A stretch of DNA of 24,829 nt. It comes from Trueperaceae bacterium. GTDB taxonomy: Bacteria > Deinococcota > Deinococci > Deinococcales > Trueperaceae. The position numbers were made by a program, and so were the translations under genes. The stretch covers positions 2,623 to 27,451 of the forward strand of contig JBBDRK010000074.1 of assembly GCA_040905465.1 (NCBI GenBank), written 5' to 3'. A model generated the notes under the pieces. That model saw only the letters and a program-made list of their open reading frames with translations, searched no databases and had not been told where the DNA came from. Shown in pieces: positions 7,730 to 16,684 of this stretch (the stretch's first letter is position 1; the number at the start of each line of letters is the position of its first letter).

Positions 7730-7877
7730 GCGATGCCTGGCGCGCTGGCACTACCGTTGGCCGCCGTCCAGCCGAGCGAGGTTGCAAACGTCTCGGCAGG
7801 AATCGCCGGTCACTGCGATCGGCCGCCGTGGCTGCTGTCGGCAGCCGCCCGGCGCCCGGCCGCCGGACTCGCAATGT

Positions 7878-7909
7878 TTCATGCTCGATTCACGAGTTGC
7901 TCCTAGCCT
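7878..7909 (+). promoter_or_regulatory. OmpR-type direct-repeat box plus -10 for the DUF192 gene: TTCATG-N5-TTCACG-N9-TAGCCT
   Basis: Hexamers at 7878-7883 and 7889-7894; -10 at 7904-7909. Same spacing as the divergent promoter. Confidence 0.65.
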
Positions 7910-8020
7910 TCGGCATGAGTACAGCCGGTACCTCGACTCCGGTAATTGCTCACGTCGGGGCCACCGCTCAGCGAGGACCCGGCCACAGCCCAGACATCTG
8001 GGCCCGAAAGGATCGGAAGC

Positions 8021-8593
8021 ATGACAAACATAGCAGCTTCGCCGACCCGCTCCACCACCATGGAAGTCTGGACCGAACGCGCCCGCACCTACGCCACCTG
8101 GCTGGCGATCGCCGGCGCCGCTTTCCTTATCGGGCTGTTCGTCGTCGCCCCGATTCGCAGCAGCGCTCAGCCGAGCAACCTGCCGGCCAGCTTCCTCGCG
8201 CTCCCCACCGGCGTCATCACGCTCGTCGGTGAAGACAGCAGCGCACTCCTGCCGGTCCGCATTGCCGACACCAGCCAGGCGCGCATGATCGGATTCCGTG
8301 ACGTAGGCGAAGACGCCCTCGCCAACCACTACCTGCTCTACGCCCAGAGCCGCCAGACGAGCGGCCGCATCAGCTACTCGCTCGAGAAGGTACGGGTTCC
8401 CCTGGAGTTCGCCGCCATCGACGGGGAAGGCAACGTAGTCGCCGTCGCTGCCTCGACGCTGGGCATGGAGCGGATCACGATTACCGAACCGCACCGCTGG
8501 CTGCTGGCCGCCAAGGCGGGGACATTCACCCACTACGGTATCGAGCCCGGGATGAAGCTCGACCCGGAAGCGGTGCGCAAGATCAACCTCTGA
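8021..8593 (+). CDS. Membrane-anchored DUF192-like protein
   Basis: Probable start ATG 8021 (AAGGA upstream); TM helix, then VRIADTSQARMIGF...VRVPLEFAAIDGEGNVV...LAAKAGTFTHYGIEPG, a diverged DUF192 pattern. Confidence 0.7.
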   Translation: MTNIAASPTRSTTMEVWTERARTYATWLAIAGAAFLIGLFVVAPIRSSAQPSNLPASFLALPTGVITLVGEDSSALLPVRIADTSQARMIGFRDVGEDALANHYLLYAQSRQTSGRISYSLEKVRVPLEFAAIDGEGNVVAVAASTLGMERITITEPHRWLLAAKAGTFTHYGIEPGMKLDPEAVRKINL

Positions 8594-8635
8594 CCCTCCG
8601 GCTGATCGCGATCCAGCGAGAAACGGCCCTGCCGC

Positions 8636-9493
8636 TCAGCGGTAGGGCCGTTCTTCGTCGGCGGCGCCTTCACCGGCGGCGCGGTCCCCGGCGGCACGAC
8701 CGGCCTCGCGACTGGCGTCGCCTGCGTCCCCGCTCACATCGCCCGCCGGCCTGGCCGGCTCCTGCCGGTCTTCGCCGCCCGTCGACGCCTTGCCTCCGGT
8801 CACCTCCCGAATCAGGACCTGCGCGGCCACGAACAAGCGCTCGCCATAGACCTCGACGGTGTCCAGCGTGCCTTGCCAATCCACCCGCCCGTCCCTGTAC
8901 CGGGCCACCAGATAGGCGCCCGCGGCGATCAGCGCCAACGGGAGCAGCCAACCACCGCCGACCGAGAGACTGAGCACGGCTACGATCAGCAGCGCCACCG
9001 CTGGATACAACGCCCAGCGGTGCTTCTCGCGCGGCCGGCGGTAGAGGTACCAGAAGGTTGCCGCCGGGCCCAGGAAGAGCAGCGGACCCGTTGCCAACGG
9101 GAGAGCGAGCCCGTCGAGGCCGGCAACCGCGGCCAGGGTGAGCAGAATCCCGGCCGGTATCACCGCCCACGAGTGGCGCGGGTCCTCCCGGTAGGCTGCG
9201 ACGAAGCCCACACCGGTAACAGCCAGGAAGGCAGCGCCCGACAGCGGACCGGGAAGCGCCGCTACGCCCAGGCCGAGCAGCGCGAAACCCGTGCACAACG
9301 ACCACACCTGGCGATCCTCCCGGTAGTGGCGCCGGATAAGGTACAGCCCGGCCAGGCCGAACAGCAGCGCGCCAAGCAGGCCGCCGAGGCTTCGAAACAA
9401 GCCGGCCTGCGATAGTAGCGCCAAGGCACCCAGGGCCAACAAGAGGATCCCGATTGCCGGATAGCCTGAATCTCGCTTCGATTCCAGTTTCAT
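8636..9493 (-). CDS. Polytopic membrane protein (LiaF/LiaI-like envelope-stress accessory; paralogue of 11909-12514)
   Basis: About 8 hydrophobic helices with repeated WAVIPAG / WALYPA motifs; AGGAGG RBS; divergent from the NarL-type regulator. Confidence 0.75.
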   Translation of the reverse strand: MKLESKRDSGYPAIGILLLALGALALLSQAGLFRSLGGLLGALLFGLAGLYLIRRHYREDRQVWSLCTGFALLGLGVAALPGPLSGAAFLAVTGVGFVAAYREDPRHSWAVIPAGILLTLAAVAGLDGLALPLATGPLLFLGPAATFWYLYRRPREKHRWALYPAVALLIVAVLSLSVGGGWLLPLALIAAGAYLVARYRDGRVDWQGTLDTVEVYGERLFVAAQVLIREVTGGKASTGGEDRQEPARPAGDVSGDAGDASREAGRAAGDRAAGEGAADEERPYR

Positions 9494-9510
9494 GTCGTTC
9501 CTCCTGACGC

Positions 9511-9617
9511 AGGCTACCGGCGCCGGCGGCCATCCGCATCATCCAAAAGTCGTGGGGCGGGAACAGGAATGCTCCACCTTTGGATGGAGGATGCCGCCTG
9601 GCCGGGCACGGTAGTGT
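9511..9617. promoter_or_regulatory. Divergent promoter pair with two 16-bp imperfect palindromic NarL/LiaR-type boxes
   Basis: Boxes TCATCCAAAAGTCGTG (9539-9554) and TCCACCTTTGGATGGA (9573-9588). -10 TAGCCT on minus (9511-9516) and TAGTGT on plus (9612-9617, 6 nt before the GTG start, i.e. leaderless). Confidence 0.55.
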
Positions 9618-9623
9618 GAAAGC

Positions 9624-10295
9624 GTGGAAAGCGACCCCGAGAACGCCCTCATTGCCGGCGGTGACGAGATCCGTCTCCTGCTGGTGGACGACCATGCTGT
9701 AGTTCGTCGGGGACTGCAGATGGTGCTGTCGCTGGAGCCGGACCTGAACGTGGTCGGCGAAGCGGGCGACGGCCGCGAGGCGCTTGCCCGCGTAGCCGAC
9801 CTGCGCCCGCACGTGGTGCTGATGGATCTGCTGATGCCGGTTATGAACGGCGTGGACGCCACCAGGGCGATCAAGCGCGATCACCCGGAGATCGAAGTCG
9901 TTGCCCTTACCAGCGTGCTCGAGGACCGGCTGGTGATCGACGCCGTCGAGGCCGGGGCCAGCGGCTATCTACTCAAGGAGACCGGCCCCGAAGTTCTATG
10001 CGCCGCGATTAGAGCAGCCCATCGCGGCCAAGTGCACCTCGATCCCAAGGCGCGCCGACGGCTGGTACGCGAACTCCGGACGCCGGAAATGCGCGAGTCG
10101 CTCACCGCACGGGAGACCGAAACCCTTCGCTTGGTGGCGAAAGGGCTTTCCAATCGCGACATTGCCGAGCGCCTGGAGGTCTCCGAGGTGACGGTGAAGA
10201 CCCACGTTTCGAACATCCTGTCCAAACTCGCCGTGCAGAGCCGAACCCAGGCCGCCCTATTCGCTCTAAAGGAGGGGCTGGTCGGACTCGAATGA
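9624..10295 (+). CDS. NarL/LuxR-family response regulator (LiaR-like)
   Basis: Receiver motifs LVDDHAVVRRGL, LMDLLMP and GYLLK; HTH LTARETETLRLVAKGLSNRDIA...TVKTHVSNILSKL. Confidence 0.95.
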   Translation: MESDPENALIAGGDEIRLLLVDDHAVVRRGLQMVLSLEPDLNVVGEAGDGREALARVADLRPHVVLMDLLMPVMNGVDATRAIKRDHPEIEVVALTSVLEDRLVIDAVEAGASGYLLKETGPEVLCAAIRAAHRGQVHLDPKARRRLVRELRTPEMRESLTARETETLRLVAKGLSNRDIAERLEVSEVTVKTHVSNILSKLAVQSRTQAALFALKEGLVGLE

Positions 10296-10358
10296 ATCGC
10301 GCGCGTTCCAGGCGAACCGAATGCGCGTGCGCTGTCGAACGGCCCGGCGTCGTTACTC

Positions 10359-11912
10359 ATGCATGAGGTTCCGTTCTTTCATCGGCTCTCCACCAGGCTC
10401 ACCTTGCTGATCCTGGTCATAGTTGCGGTGTTGGCCGGCAGCGCCGCCATCCTGCTGGTACGCGGACTCAACCTGGCCGGCGCCGGACTGCTGCCGACCA
10501 CCGGCGAAGCGGTGGCGCCGGCCGAGTTGAACGCCATCATTCGCGGAACGGTGATAAACCTGATAGCCGTCTTCCTGTTCACGCTCATCGCCGCGACGCT
10601 GTTTTCGCGCAGTCTGCTGGTCGAACCGATCACGTCGCTGGCCAAAGGAACGAGCGAACTCACTGAGGGCAACCTCGGTCTCACCTTGCCGGTGACGTCG
10701 CGCAGCGAGCTGGGAGCGCTGGCACAGGCCTTCAACACCATGTCGTTGCGCCTGTCTGAACGCACCCGTGAGCTGACCGACTCGAACGAGGCGCTGCGGC
10801 TGGCGGAGGAGCGCAACCTGGAGACGCTGGCATTGCTTGAGAAGAGGGTGCAGGAACGCACCGCCGAACTCAGCGCCCTGCTCGAACTCTCCAACTCGAC
10901 CGCGCTGACGCTGGAGCTCCAACCCCTGCTCGACCGCATCCTGGACCGGCTGCACGAAGCGGTCGGCGACCAGGGGTCGGCCGTGATCCAGTCGGATGGA
11001 TCGGCGGCTCCGCGAATTTTGCGCAGACGCGGAGATCTGCCACTCGAGCCCGGCATGCTGGAGTCCATCGCCGCCATGGACGCACCGGCGCCGGTTCCCG
11101 GGGCAGCGCTGTTGGCCCTGCCGCTGGTGGTCCGCGAGTCCACGATCGGTGTGCTGCTGCTTGCCCACTCGCCGAACGAGCCGTTCCCGAAAGAGCGAGT
11201 GCGGCTGGCCTCGGCCTTCGCCAACCAGGTGGCCGTCGCCCTGGAGAACACCAGGCTGACGGTTCAGGTCCACGAGCGGGCCGCCCTGGAGGAACGTCAG
11301 CACCTGGCGCGCGAGCTGCACGACTCCGTTTCTCAAGCCCTGTACGCGATTTTGTTGGGCACCCATGCTGCTCGCCGGCAAATCGAGAGCGATCCGGAGG
11401 CCGCCACCTCGGCTCTCGCCTACGTCGAAGGTCTGGCCGAAGCCGGCATCGCCGAGATGCGCGCGCTCATCTTCGAGCTGCGGCCCGAGTCGCTCGAGCA
11501 AGACGGACTCAGCGGGGCCCTGCGCAAGCAGCTGGACGCCCTCGAGTCGCGTCACGGCCTGGAAACCGTGGGTCGGATTGAAGGCGAGCCGGATCTCTCG
11601 CTCACCAGCAAACAGGTGCTGTTCCGGGTGGCCCAGGAGGCATTGCACAACGTGGTCAAGCACGCGAAAGCGGCAAGGGTCGAGTTGCGGCTCGTCCGCG
11701 AAAGCGGCCGGCTCGTGCTGGAGGTGCAAGACGACGGAGTGGGCTTCGACCCTCACCAGGAGTTCCCCGGCCACCTGGGCTTGCGCTCGATGCAGGAACG
11801 CGTCGGTGCCTTGGGCGGCCGGCTCGATTTGACGAGCGCCACCGGGTCCGGCACCCGAATACGGGTAACCCTGCCCGCCGAGGAAGAGAACCAGGGCAGG
11901 GAGCGCACGTGA
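10359..11912 (+). CDS. HAMP/GAF HisKA_3 sensor histidine kinase (LiaS/NarQ-like)
   Basis: Two closely spaced TM helices, HAMP, GAF remnant (FANQVAVALEN), H-box ERQHLARELHDSVSQAL, QEALHNVVKHA, DDGVGF and GHLGLRSMQER. Confidence 0.93.
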   Translation: MHEVPFFHRLSTRLTLLILVIVAVLAGSAAILLVRGLNLAGAGLLPTTGEAVAPAELNAIIRGTVINLIAVFLFTLIAATLFSRSLLVEPITSLAKGTSELTEGNLGLTLPVTSRSELGALAQAFNTMSLRLSERTRELTDSNEALRLAEERNLETLALLEKRVQERTAELSALLELSNSTALTLELQPLLDRILDRLHEAVGDQGSAVIQSDGSAAPRILRRRGDLPLEPGMLESIAAMDAPAPVPGAALLALPLVVRESTIGVLLLAHSPNEPFPKERVRLASAFANQVAVALENTRLTVQVHERAALEERQHLARELHDSVSQALYAILLGTHAARRQIESDPEAATSALAYVEGLAEAGIAEMRALIFELRPESLEQDGLSGALRKQLDALESRHGLETVGRIEGEPDLSLTSKQVLFRVAQEALHNVVKHAKAARVELRLVRESGRLVLEVQDDGVGFDPHQEFPGHLGLRSMQERVGALGGRLDLTSATGSGTRIRVTLPAEEENQGRERT

Positions 11913-12514
11913 CACCGGAGCGCGCGAGACTCATCGGTTTCGCACTTTTGGGCCTCGGGGCGCTGGCGCTGGTCGCCAACACCGGCATATTCGGCCTGCT
12001 GCCGGCGTTCGTCTGGGTCATGACGCTGTTTGCCGCAGGTGCCGCGGTGTGGATGCTGGGCGCGGGGTGTTTCGCCTTCCCCCAACGCCTGCTTCTCTTC
12101 ATCGGGATCGGGCTCCTGGCAACCACCACCTCCGGCCGGATGGCCGGCACGGCCGCTACCGGCTTCATCGCCATGGCCTTCGCACTGGTCTATCTCCGGG
12201 ACGCCCGACAGTGGTGGGCGATCATCCCGGCGGGCGTGATGGCCGGCGCCAGCCTCGTGACGACAGTCGAGACTCTCTTCCCCCGCTGGGACGCCGGGCC
12301 GCTATTCCTGCTGGTACTGGCCGGCACGTTCACACTGCTCTATCTGCTGCCACGGGAGCGTGGCGGGCAGGGCTGGGCGCTGGCGCCGGCGGTTGTGCTG
12401 ATCATGGTCACGGTGGTGGCAAACGACCCCAGCGGCCGCACTCCCGGCTGGCTCGTGCCGCTGGTACTGATCGGCAGCGGAGTGGCAATGCTGTGGTGGT
12501 GGCGAAGGCGGTGA
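11909..12514 (+). CDS. Polytopic membrane protein, translationally coupled to the kinase
   Basis: GTGA start/stop overlap with the kinase; hydrophobic helices with WWAIIPAG and WALAPA motifs like 8636-9493. Confidence 0.8.
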   Translation: MTPERARLIGFALLGLGALALVANTGIFGLLPAFVWVMTLFAAGAAVWMLGAGCFAFPQRLLLFIGIGLLATTTSGRMAGTAATGFIAMAFALVYLRDARQWWAIIPAGVMAGASLVTTVETLFPRWDAGPLFLLVLAGTFTLLYLLPRERGGQGWALAPAVVLIMVTVVANDPSGRTPGWLVPLVLIGSGVAMLWWWRRR

Positions 12515-12623
12515 GGCCGGATCGACCCGTGAAGCAGGCGACGCCTCCGGTGGCCGCATTCGATGGCCGCAAATTCGCCTTGGAAGTTACATCGCCGACG
12601 GACCGCGACTGCCTGTTCCGTTC

Positions 12624-14537
12624 TCAGCCGACCTCCTCGAGGTAGGTGTAGCCCACCAGTTCGGCGTCGTACAGCGCGACCAGCTTGTCGGCCTCCTCTT
12701 CGGTCAAGCGGTGGCCGTTGGCGGCTTCGGTGATGGTCTCCTTCAACCAGCGGTGCAGGTCGGGCGCCTCGTAGCCCATGTTCTCGATCACCCTGCGGGC
12801 CTTCTGGCCGTTGATGAAGCGCTCGAGCCGCCAGCCCCCTTCCTCCAGCCGCACGTGCGCCTCGTTGACGCGGCCGAACAGGTTGTGAGCGTTGCCCAGC
12901 ACATCCTGATACGCCCCGGTCAGGAACACCCCCAGGTAGTAGGGCTCCCCCTGGCGAAGCTCGTGCACCGGCAGGACGCTCTTGACGTCGCGCAGGTCGA
13001 TGAACCTGTCGACCTTGCCGTCCGAATCGCAGGTGATGTCTACCAGGGTGGCATTGCGCGTCGGCCGCTCGTCGAGCCGATGTAGCGGCAGGATCGGGAA
13101 GAGCGCCTGGATCGCCCAGTTGTCGGGCAGGCTCTGGAAGAGGCTGAAGTTGCAGACGTACTTGTCGGCCAGCACTCGCGGCAGCGTCTCGAACTCCTCC
13201 GGGACGTAGTCGAGCGACTCGATCACGCGCGACACCCGCTTGAGGATCCGGTAGTAGAGGTTCTCGATGTGTGCCCGCTCAAGCAGTGTCAGATAGCCCA
13301 GGTCGAACAGGTTGTGCATGGTCTCCTTGTTGGAGACGGCTTCGTTGTAGACCTCGCGATAGGTCTTCAGGGTGACGTCCGCCAGCAGCTCGCGCATGTC
13401 GCGAACCAGGCTGTGAACCTCGCCCTCGAACGGCGGCAACTCCACGGAGTTGCGGGTGGGGCCGATTGCGTCGATTACCGGGATGACAAGCACCGCGTGG
13501 TGGGCCGTCAGGGCCCTGCCCGACTCGGTGACGATGGTGGGATGCGGGGCGCCCGAGTCGTCGCACGCCTCCATCACCGCGTACACCACCGTGTCGGCAT
13601 ACTCCTGCAGCCCGTAGTTCCCGCTTACGTAGAAGCTGGTCTTGGAGCCGTCGTAATCGACCGCCAGCCCGCCGCCGACGTTCAGGTACTCCACGCCGGT
13701 GCCGAGTTTCTGCAGGTCGACGTAGGTCTGCGCCGCCTCACGCACGGCCACCCGGATCTTGCGGATGTCGGTTAGCTGCGAGCCCACGTGGCAGTGCAGC
13801 ATCACCAGTGCCTCGCCCAGGCCCTCCGCCTTGAGCCGGTTGGCGACATCGATCAGCTCCGCGGCAGTGAGTCCGAACTTTGCCTCGTCACCGCCGGAAG
13901 CCTCCCACTGGCCGGCGCCCTTTGCGTGCAGCTTGAAACGAGCGCCGATGGCCGGGCGCACCCCCATCTCGCGGCTCACCCGCAGCACCCGCTCGAGCTC
14001 GGCGTGCTTTTCGAGCGTGATTATCACGTTCTTGCCGAGCTTGCGACCCCAGAGCGCCAGGCGCACGAAATCGTCGTCCTTGAAGCCGTTGCACTGGATC
14101 AGTGCCTCTTCATGGATGTCCTGAACGAGAATCAGCGCCAACTCTGCCTTCGAGCCGGCCTCCAGGCCGGTCCGGTAGCGCGCGCCGTACTCGGCCACCG
14201 TCTCCACCACCATGCGGCGCTGGTTCACCTTGATCGGGAACACACCCTGATACTGCCCGCCGTAGCCGGACTCGGTTATGGCCTGGGAGAACACCTTGTT
14301 TATCCGCTCGATTCGGTCTTCGATGATCTGCGGGAAGCGCAGCACCACCGGAACGGTGTGGCCCGTGCTGCGCAGTTCGGCGATCAACTCCGGCAACGCC
14401 AACCGCTGGCCGCCGATCGCTATCTCCAGATTGCCGCCAGAGCCCACCTGGAAGTAACCGTTGCTCCAGTTGGAGATGTGGTACATGTCCTCCAACTCGG
14501 ACTGCCGGAACGGGGCCTCGATCGTTTTGGTGGCCAA
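12624..14537 (-). CDS. speA: Biosynthetic arginine decarboxylase (alanine-racemase fold)
   Basis: Motifs FPIKVNQ (PLP Lys), GLEAGSKAEL, CNGFKD, KFGL, HCHVGSQ, VGGGLAVDYDG, ESGRA, NFSLFQSLPD and DITCDSDG. TTG at 14537 is preceded by GGAGGAG; an in-frame ATG at 14564 is the alternative start. Confidence 0.95.
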   Translation of the reverse strand: MATKTIEAPFRQSELEDMYHISNWSNGYFQVGSGGNLEIAIGGQRLALPELIAELRSTGHTVPVVLRFPQIIEDRIERINKVFSQAITESGYGGQYQGVFPIKVNQRRMVVETVAEYGARYRTGLEAGSKAELALILVQDIHEEALIQCNGFKDDDFVRLALWGRKLGKNVIITLEKHAELERVLRVSREMGVRPAIGARFKLHAKGAGQWEASGGDEAKFGLTAAELIDVANRLKAEGLGEALVMLHCHVGSQLTDIRKIRVAVREAAQTYVDLQKLGTGVEYLNVGGGLAVDYDGSKTSFYVSGNYGLQEYADTVVYAVMEACDDSGAPHPTIVTESGRALTAHHAVLVIPVIDAIGPTRNSVELPPFEGEVHSLVRDMRELLADVTLKTYREVYNEAVSNKETMHNLFDLGYLTLLERAHIENLYYRILKRVSRVIESLDYVPEEFETLPRVLADKYVCNFSLFQSLPDNWAIQALFPILPLHRLDERPTRNATLVDITCDSDGKVDRFIDLRDVKSVLPVHELRQGEPYYLGVFLTGAYQDVLGNAHNLFGRVNEAHVRLEEGGWRLERFINGQKARRVIENMGYEAPDLHRWLKETITEAANGHRLTEEEADKLVALYDAELVGYTYLEEVG

Positions 14538-14670
14538 CTGGTCTCCTCCATAAATATCTGTCATGGACGACAGAAAAAACGGTGGTAATGTAGCATATTT
14601 CCCCTGGTCCTATCTAAAGGCCCCGACACGTTCGGCCGGAGCCGAGCCGATGACGAGGAGTTGCTGCGCA

Positions 14671-15741
14671 ATGAATCGAACGACATCCGAGACGCCGGCC
14701 GATATCGGCTTCCGAATGCCGCCGGAGTGGGAGCGGCACGCAGCCACCTGGGTCTCCTGGCCTTTCGATGACGAGTTGTGGGAGGGTTACCTCGAACAGG
14801 CGCGCAACGATGTTGCTGCCCTGGTGGCCACCGTCGCCCGGTTCGAGCCCGTTCGGCTGAACGTTCGCGATGGCGAGAGCGAGAAGGATGCCCGCCGCCG
14901 GCTGGGTGAAGCCGGAGCCGATCTCGCGCGGGTCGGCTTCCACAGGTTGCCGCTCAACGACGCCTGGTTCCGTGACAACGGTCCGCTGTTCGTTCGCGAT
15001 GGCGAGGGCAAGGTGGCGCTGACCGACTGGGAGTTCAACGCCTGGGGGGAGAAGTACGCGCCCTGGGATGCCGACGACGCGGCGCCGCTGAGGGTGGCCG
15101 AGACGCTGGGCATGCGCCGGTTCGCCGTGCCGGTGGTGCTCGAGGGAGGAGCGCTCGAGCTCAACGGCCAGGGTGTCTGCCTGACTACCCGCTCCTGCCT
15201 GCTGTCCCAGCACCGCAACCCTGAGATGACCCAGGACGAGTACGAACGGGTGCTCCACGCCCAGTTGGGAGTGAAGCACGTCTGCTGGCTCGAGGGCGGC
15301 ATGAAAGACGACCATACCGACGGGCACATCGACACCATCGTCCGCTTTGCCGACGATCACACGATCCTCTGCGTGGTCGAGGAGGAGGAAGGCGACCCGA
15401 ACCGGGTCACGCTGCATCACAACCTGCAACTCCTGCAGAACATGCGCGACCACGATGGGAATCCGTTCGAGATCGTCACGCTGCCCACGCCCGGCAAGAA
15501 ACCGAGCATCAACGGCAAGCGGTTGCCGCTTACGTACGCCAACTTCTATGTCGGCAACGGTTTCGTGGCGGTGCCGACCTACGACGACGTGAACGACGAA
15601 CGGGCACTGGAGATCATCCGCGGCTGCTTTCCACGCCATGAGGTGGTGGGATTGAACGCCGAGGGTCTGATTACCGGGGGCGGCGCCTTCCACTGCATCA
15701 CCCAGCAGCAACCCGAAGGGGAGGTAGCGGGTGGCGCCTGA
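14671..15741 (+). CDS. aguA: Agmatine deiminase
   Basis: Motifs RMPPEWERH, WFRDNGP, LEGG, DDHTDGHID, TYANFY and GGGAFHCITQQQP (catalytic Cys). Start uncertain (ATG 14650 or 14671; GAGGAG at 14655-14660). Confidence 0.93.
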   Translation: MNRTTSETPADIGFRMPPEWERHAATWVSWPFDDELWEGYLEQARNDVAALVATVARFEPVRLNVRDGESEKDARRRLGEAGADLARVGFHRLPLNDAWFRDNGPLFVRDGEGKVALTDWEFNAWGEKYAPWDADDAAPLRVAETLGMRRFAVPVVLEGGALELNGQGVCLTTRSCLLSQHRNPEMTQDEYERVLHAQLGVKHVCWLEGGMKDDHTDGHIDTIVRFADDHTILCVVEEEEGDPNRVTLHHNLQLLQNMRDHDGNPFEIVTLPTPGKKPSINGKRLPLTYANFYVGNGFVAVPTYDDVNDERALEIIRGCFPRHEVVGLNAEGLITGGGAFHCITQQQPEGEVAGGA

Positions 15742-15800
15742 CACGTCGAGCGGCGCTACGCGGCTCGCCGGCCGATCCCCGCCTGCTTCCGAGGTGAAAC

Positions 15801-16676
15801 ATGCCGGCTGAGCACCCCACTGTCAGGCTGGCCGTCACCCAGATGTCCTGCAGCGACAGTCTGGACGAGAACCTGGACAAGGCCGAGGCGCTGGTGCGCC
15901 AGGCCGCCGGCGCGGGCGCGCAGATCGTGTTGCTGCAGGAATTGTTCGAGAACCTCTACTTTCCGCAACTCGAGCGCGAGGAGATGTTCGAGCTGGCCCA
16001 CCCGGTCGATCGCCACCCGTTCCTCGAGCGCTTCTCCGCCCTGGCGGCGGAGTTGGGCGTGGTGTTGCCGATATCCTTCTTCGAGCGTGCCAATCAGGCG
16101 TACTACAACAGCCTGATGATGGTGGACGCCGATGGCAGCCGGTTGGGCGTGTACCGCAAGAGCCACATACCCGATGGGCCGGGGTACGAGGAGAAGTACT
16201 ACTTCAATCCCGGCGACAGCGGCTTCAAGGCCTGGCGCACATCGGCAGGAACGATCGGAGTGGCTATCTGCTGGGACCAGTGGTTCCCGGAGGCGGCCAG
16301 GATCATGGCGCTGCAGGGAGCCGACCTGCTGCTCTACCCCACCGCTATCGGCTCGGAACCGGTCGATGCAGGCGGTCTCGATACCCGCGACATGTGGCAG
16401 CGGGCAATGACCGGGCATGCGGTCAGCAACTGCTGCTACCTGGGCACGTCGAACAGGGTCGGGCGAGAAGGCGATGCGACGTTCTACGGCTCCTCGTTCA
16501 TCTGCGATCCGAAAGGCGAGAAGCTGGTCGAGGCCGGCAAGGACGAAGAAACCGTCCTATACGCCGACCTCGACTTGGCCTGGGCCCGCCTCTTCCGTGC
16601 CGGTTTCGGCTTCTTTCGTGACCGGCGGCCCGACCTCTACCAGAAACTCCTCACCCTCGATGGGCGTGAGGAGTAA
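15801..16676 (+). CDS. aguB: N-carbamoylputrescine amidase (nitrilase fold)
   Basis: E-K-C triad in LLQELF, YRKSHIPDGPGYEEKYYF and ICWDQWFPEAAR; also YPTAIGSEP and FFRDRRP. GAGGTG RBS. Confidence 0.93.
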   Translation: MPAEHPTVRLAVTQMSCSDSLDENLDKAEALVRQAAGAGAQIVLLQELFENLYFPQLEREEMFELAHPVDRHPFLERFSALAAELGVVLPISFFERANQAYYNSLMMVDADGSRLGVYRKSHIPDGPGYEEKYYFNPGDSGFKAWRTSAGTIGVAICWDQWFPEAARIMALQGADLLLYPTAIGSEPVDAGGLDTRDMWQRAMTGHAVSNCCYLGTSNRVGREGDATFYGSSFICDPKGEKLVEAGKDEETVLYADLDLAWARLFRAGFGFFRDRRPDLYQKLLTLDGREE

Positions 16677-16684
16677 CCGATCCC

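Noticed and set aside
10353-11915. 520-aa minus-strand ORF, and similar long ORFs 3222-4898, 8670-9884, 14614-15744 and 19934-21148
   Set aside because: All overlap well-supported genes in another frame or strand, have biased low-information composition and show no domain motifs.
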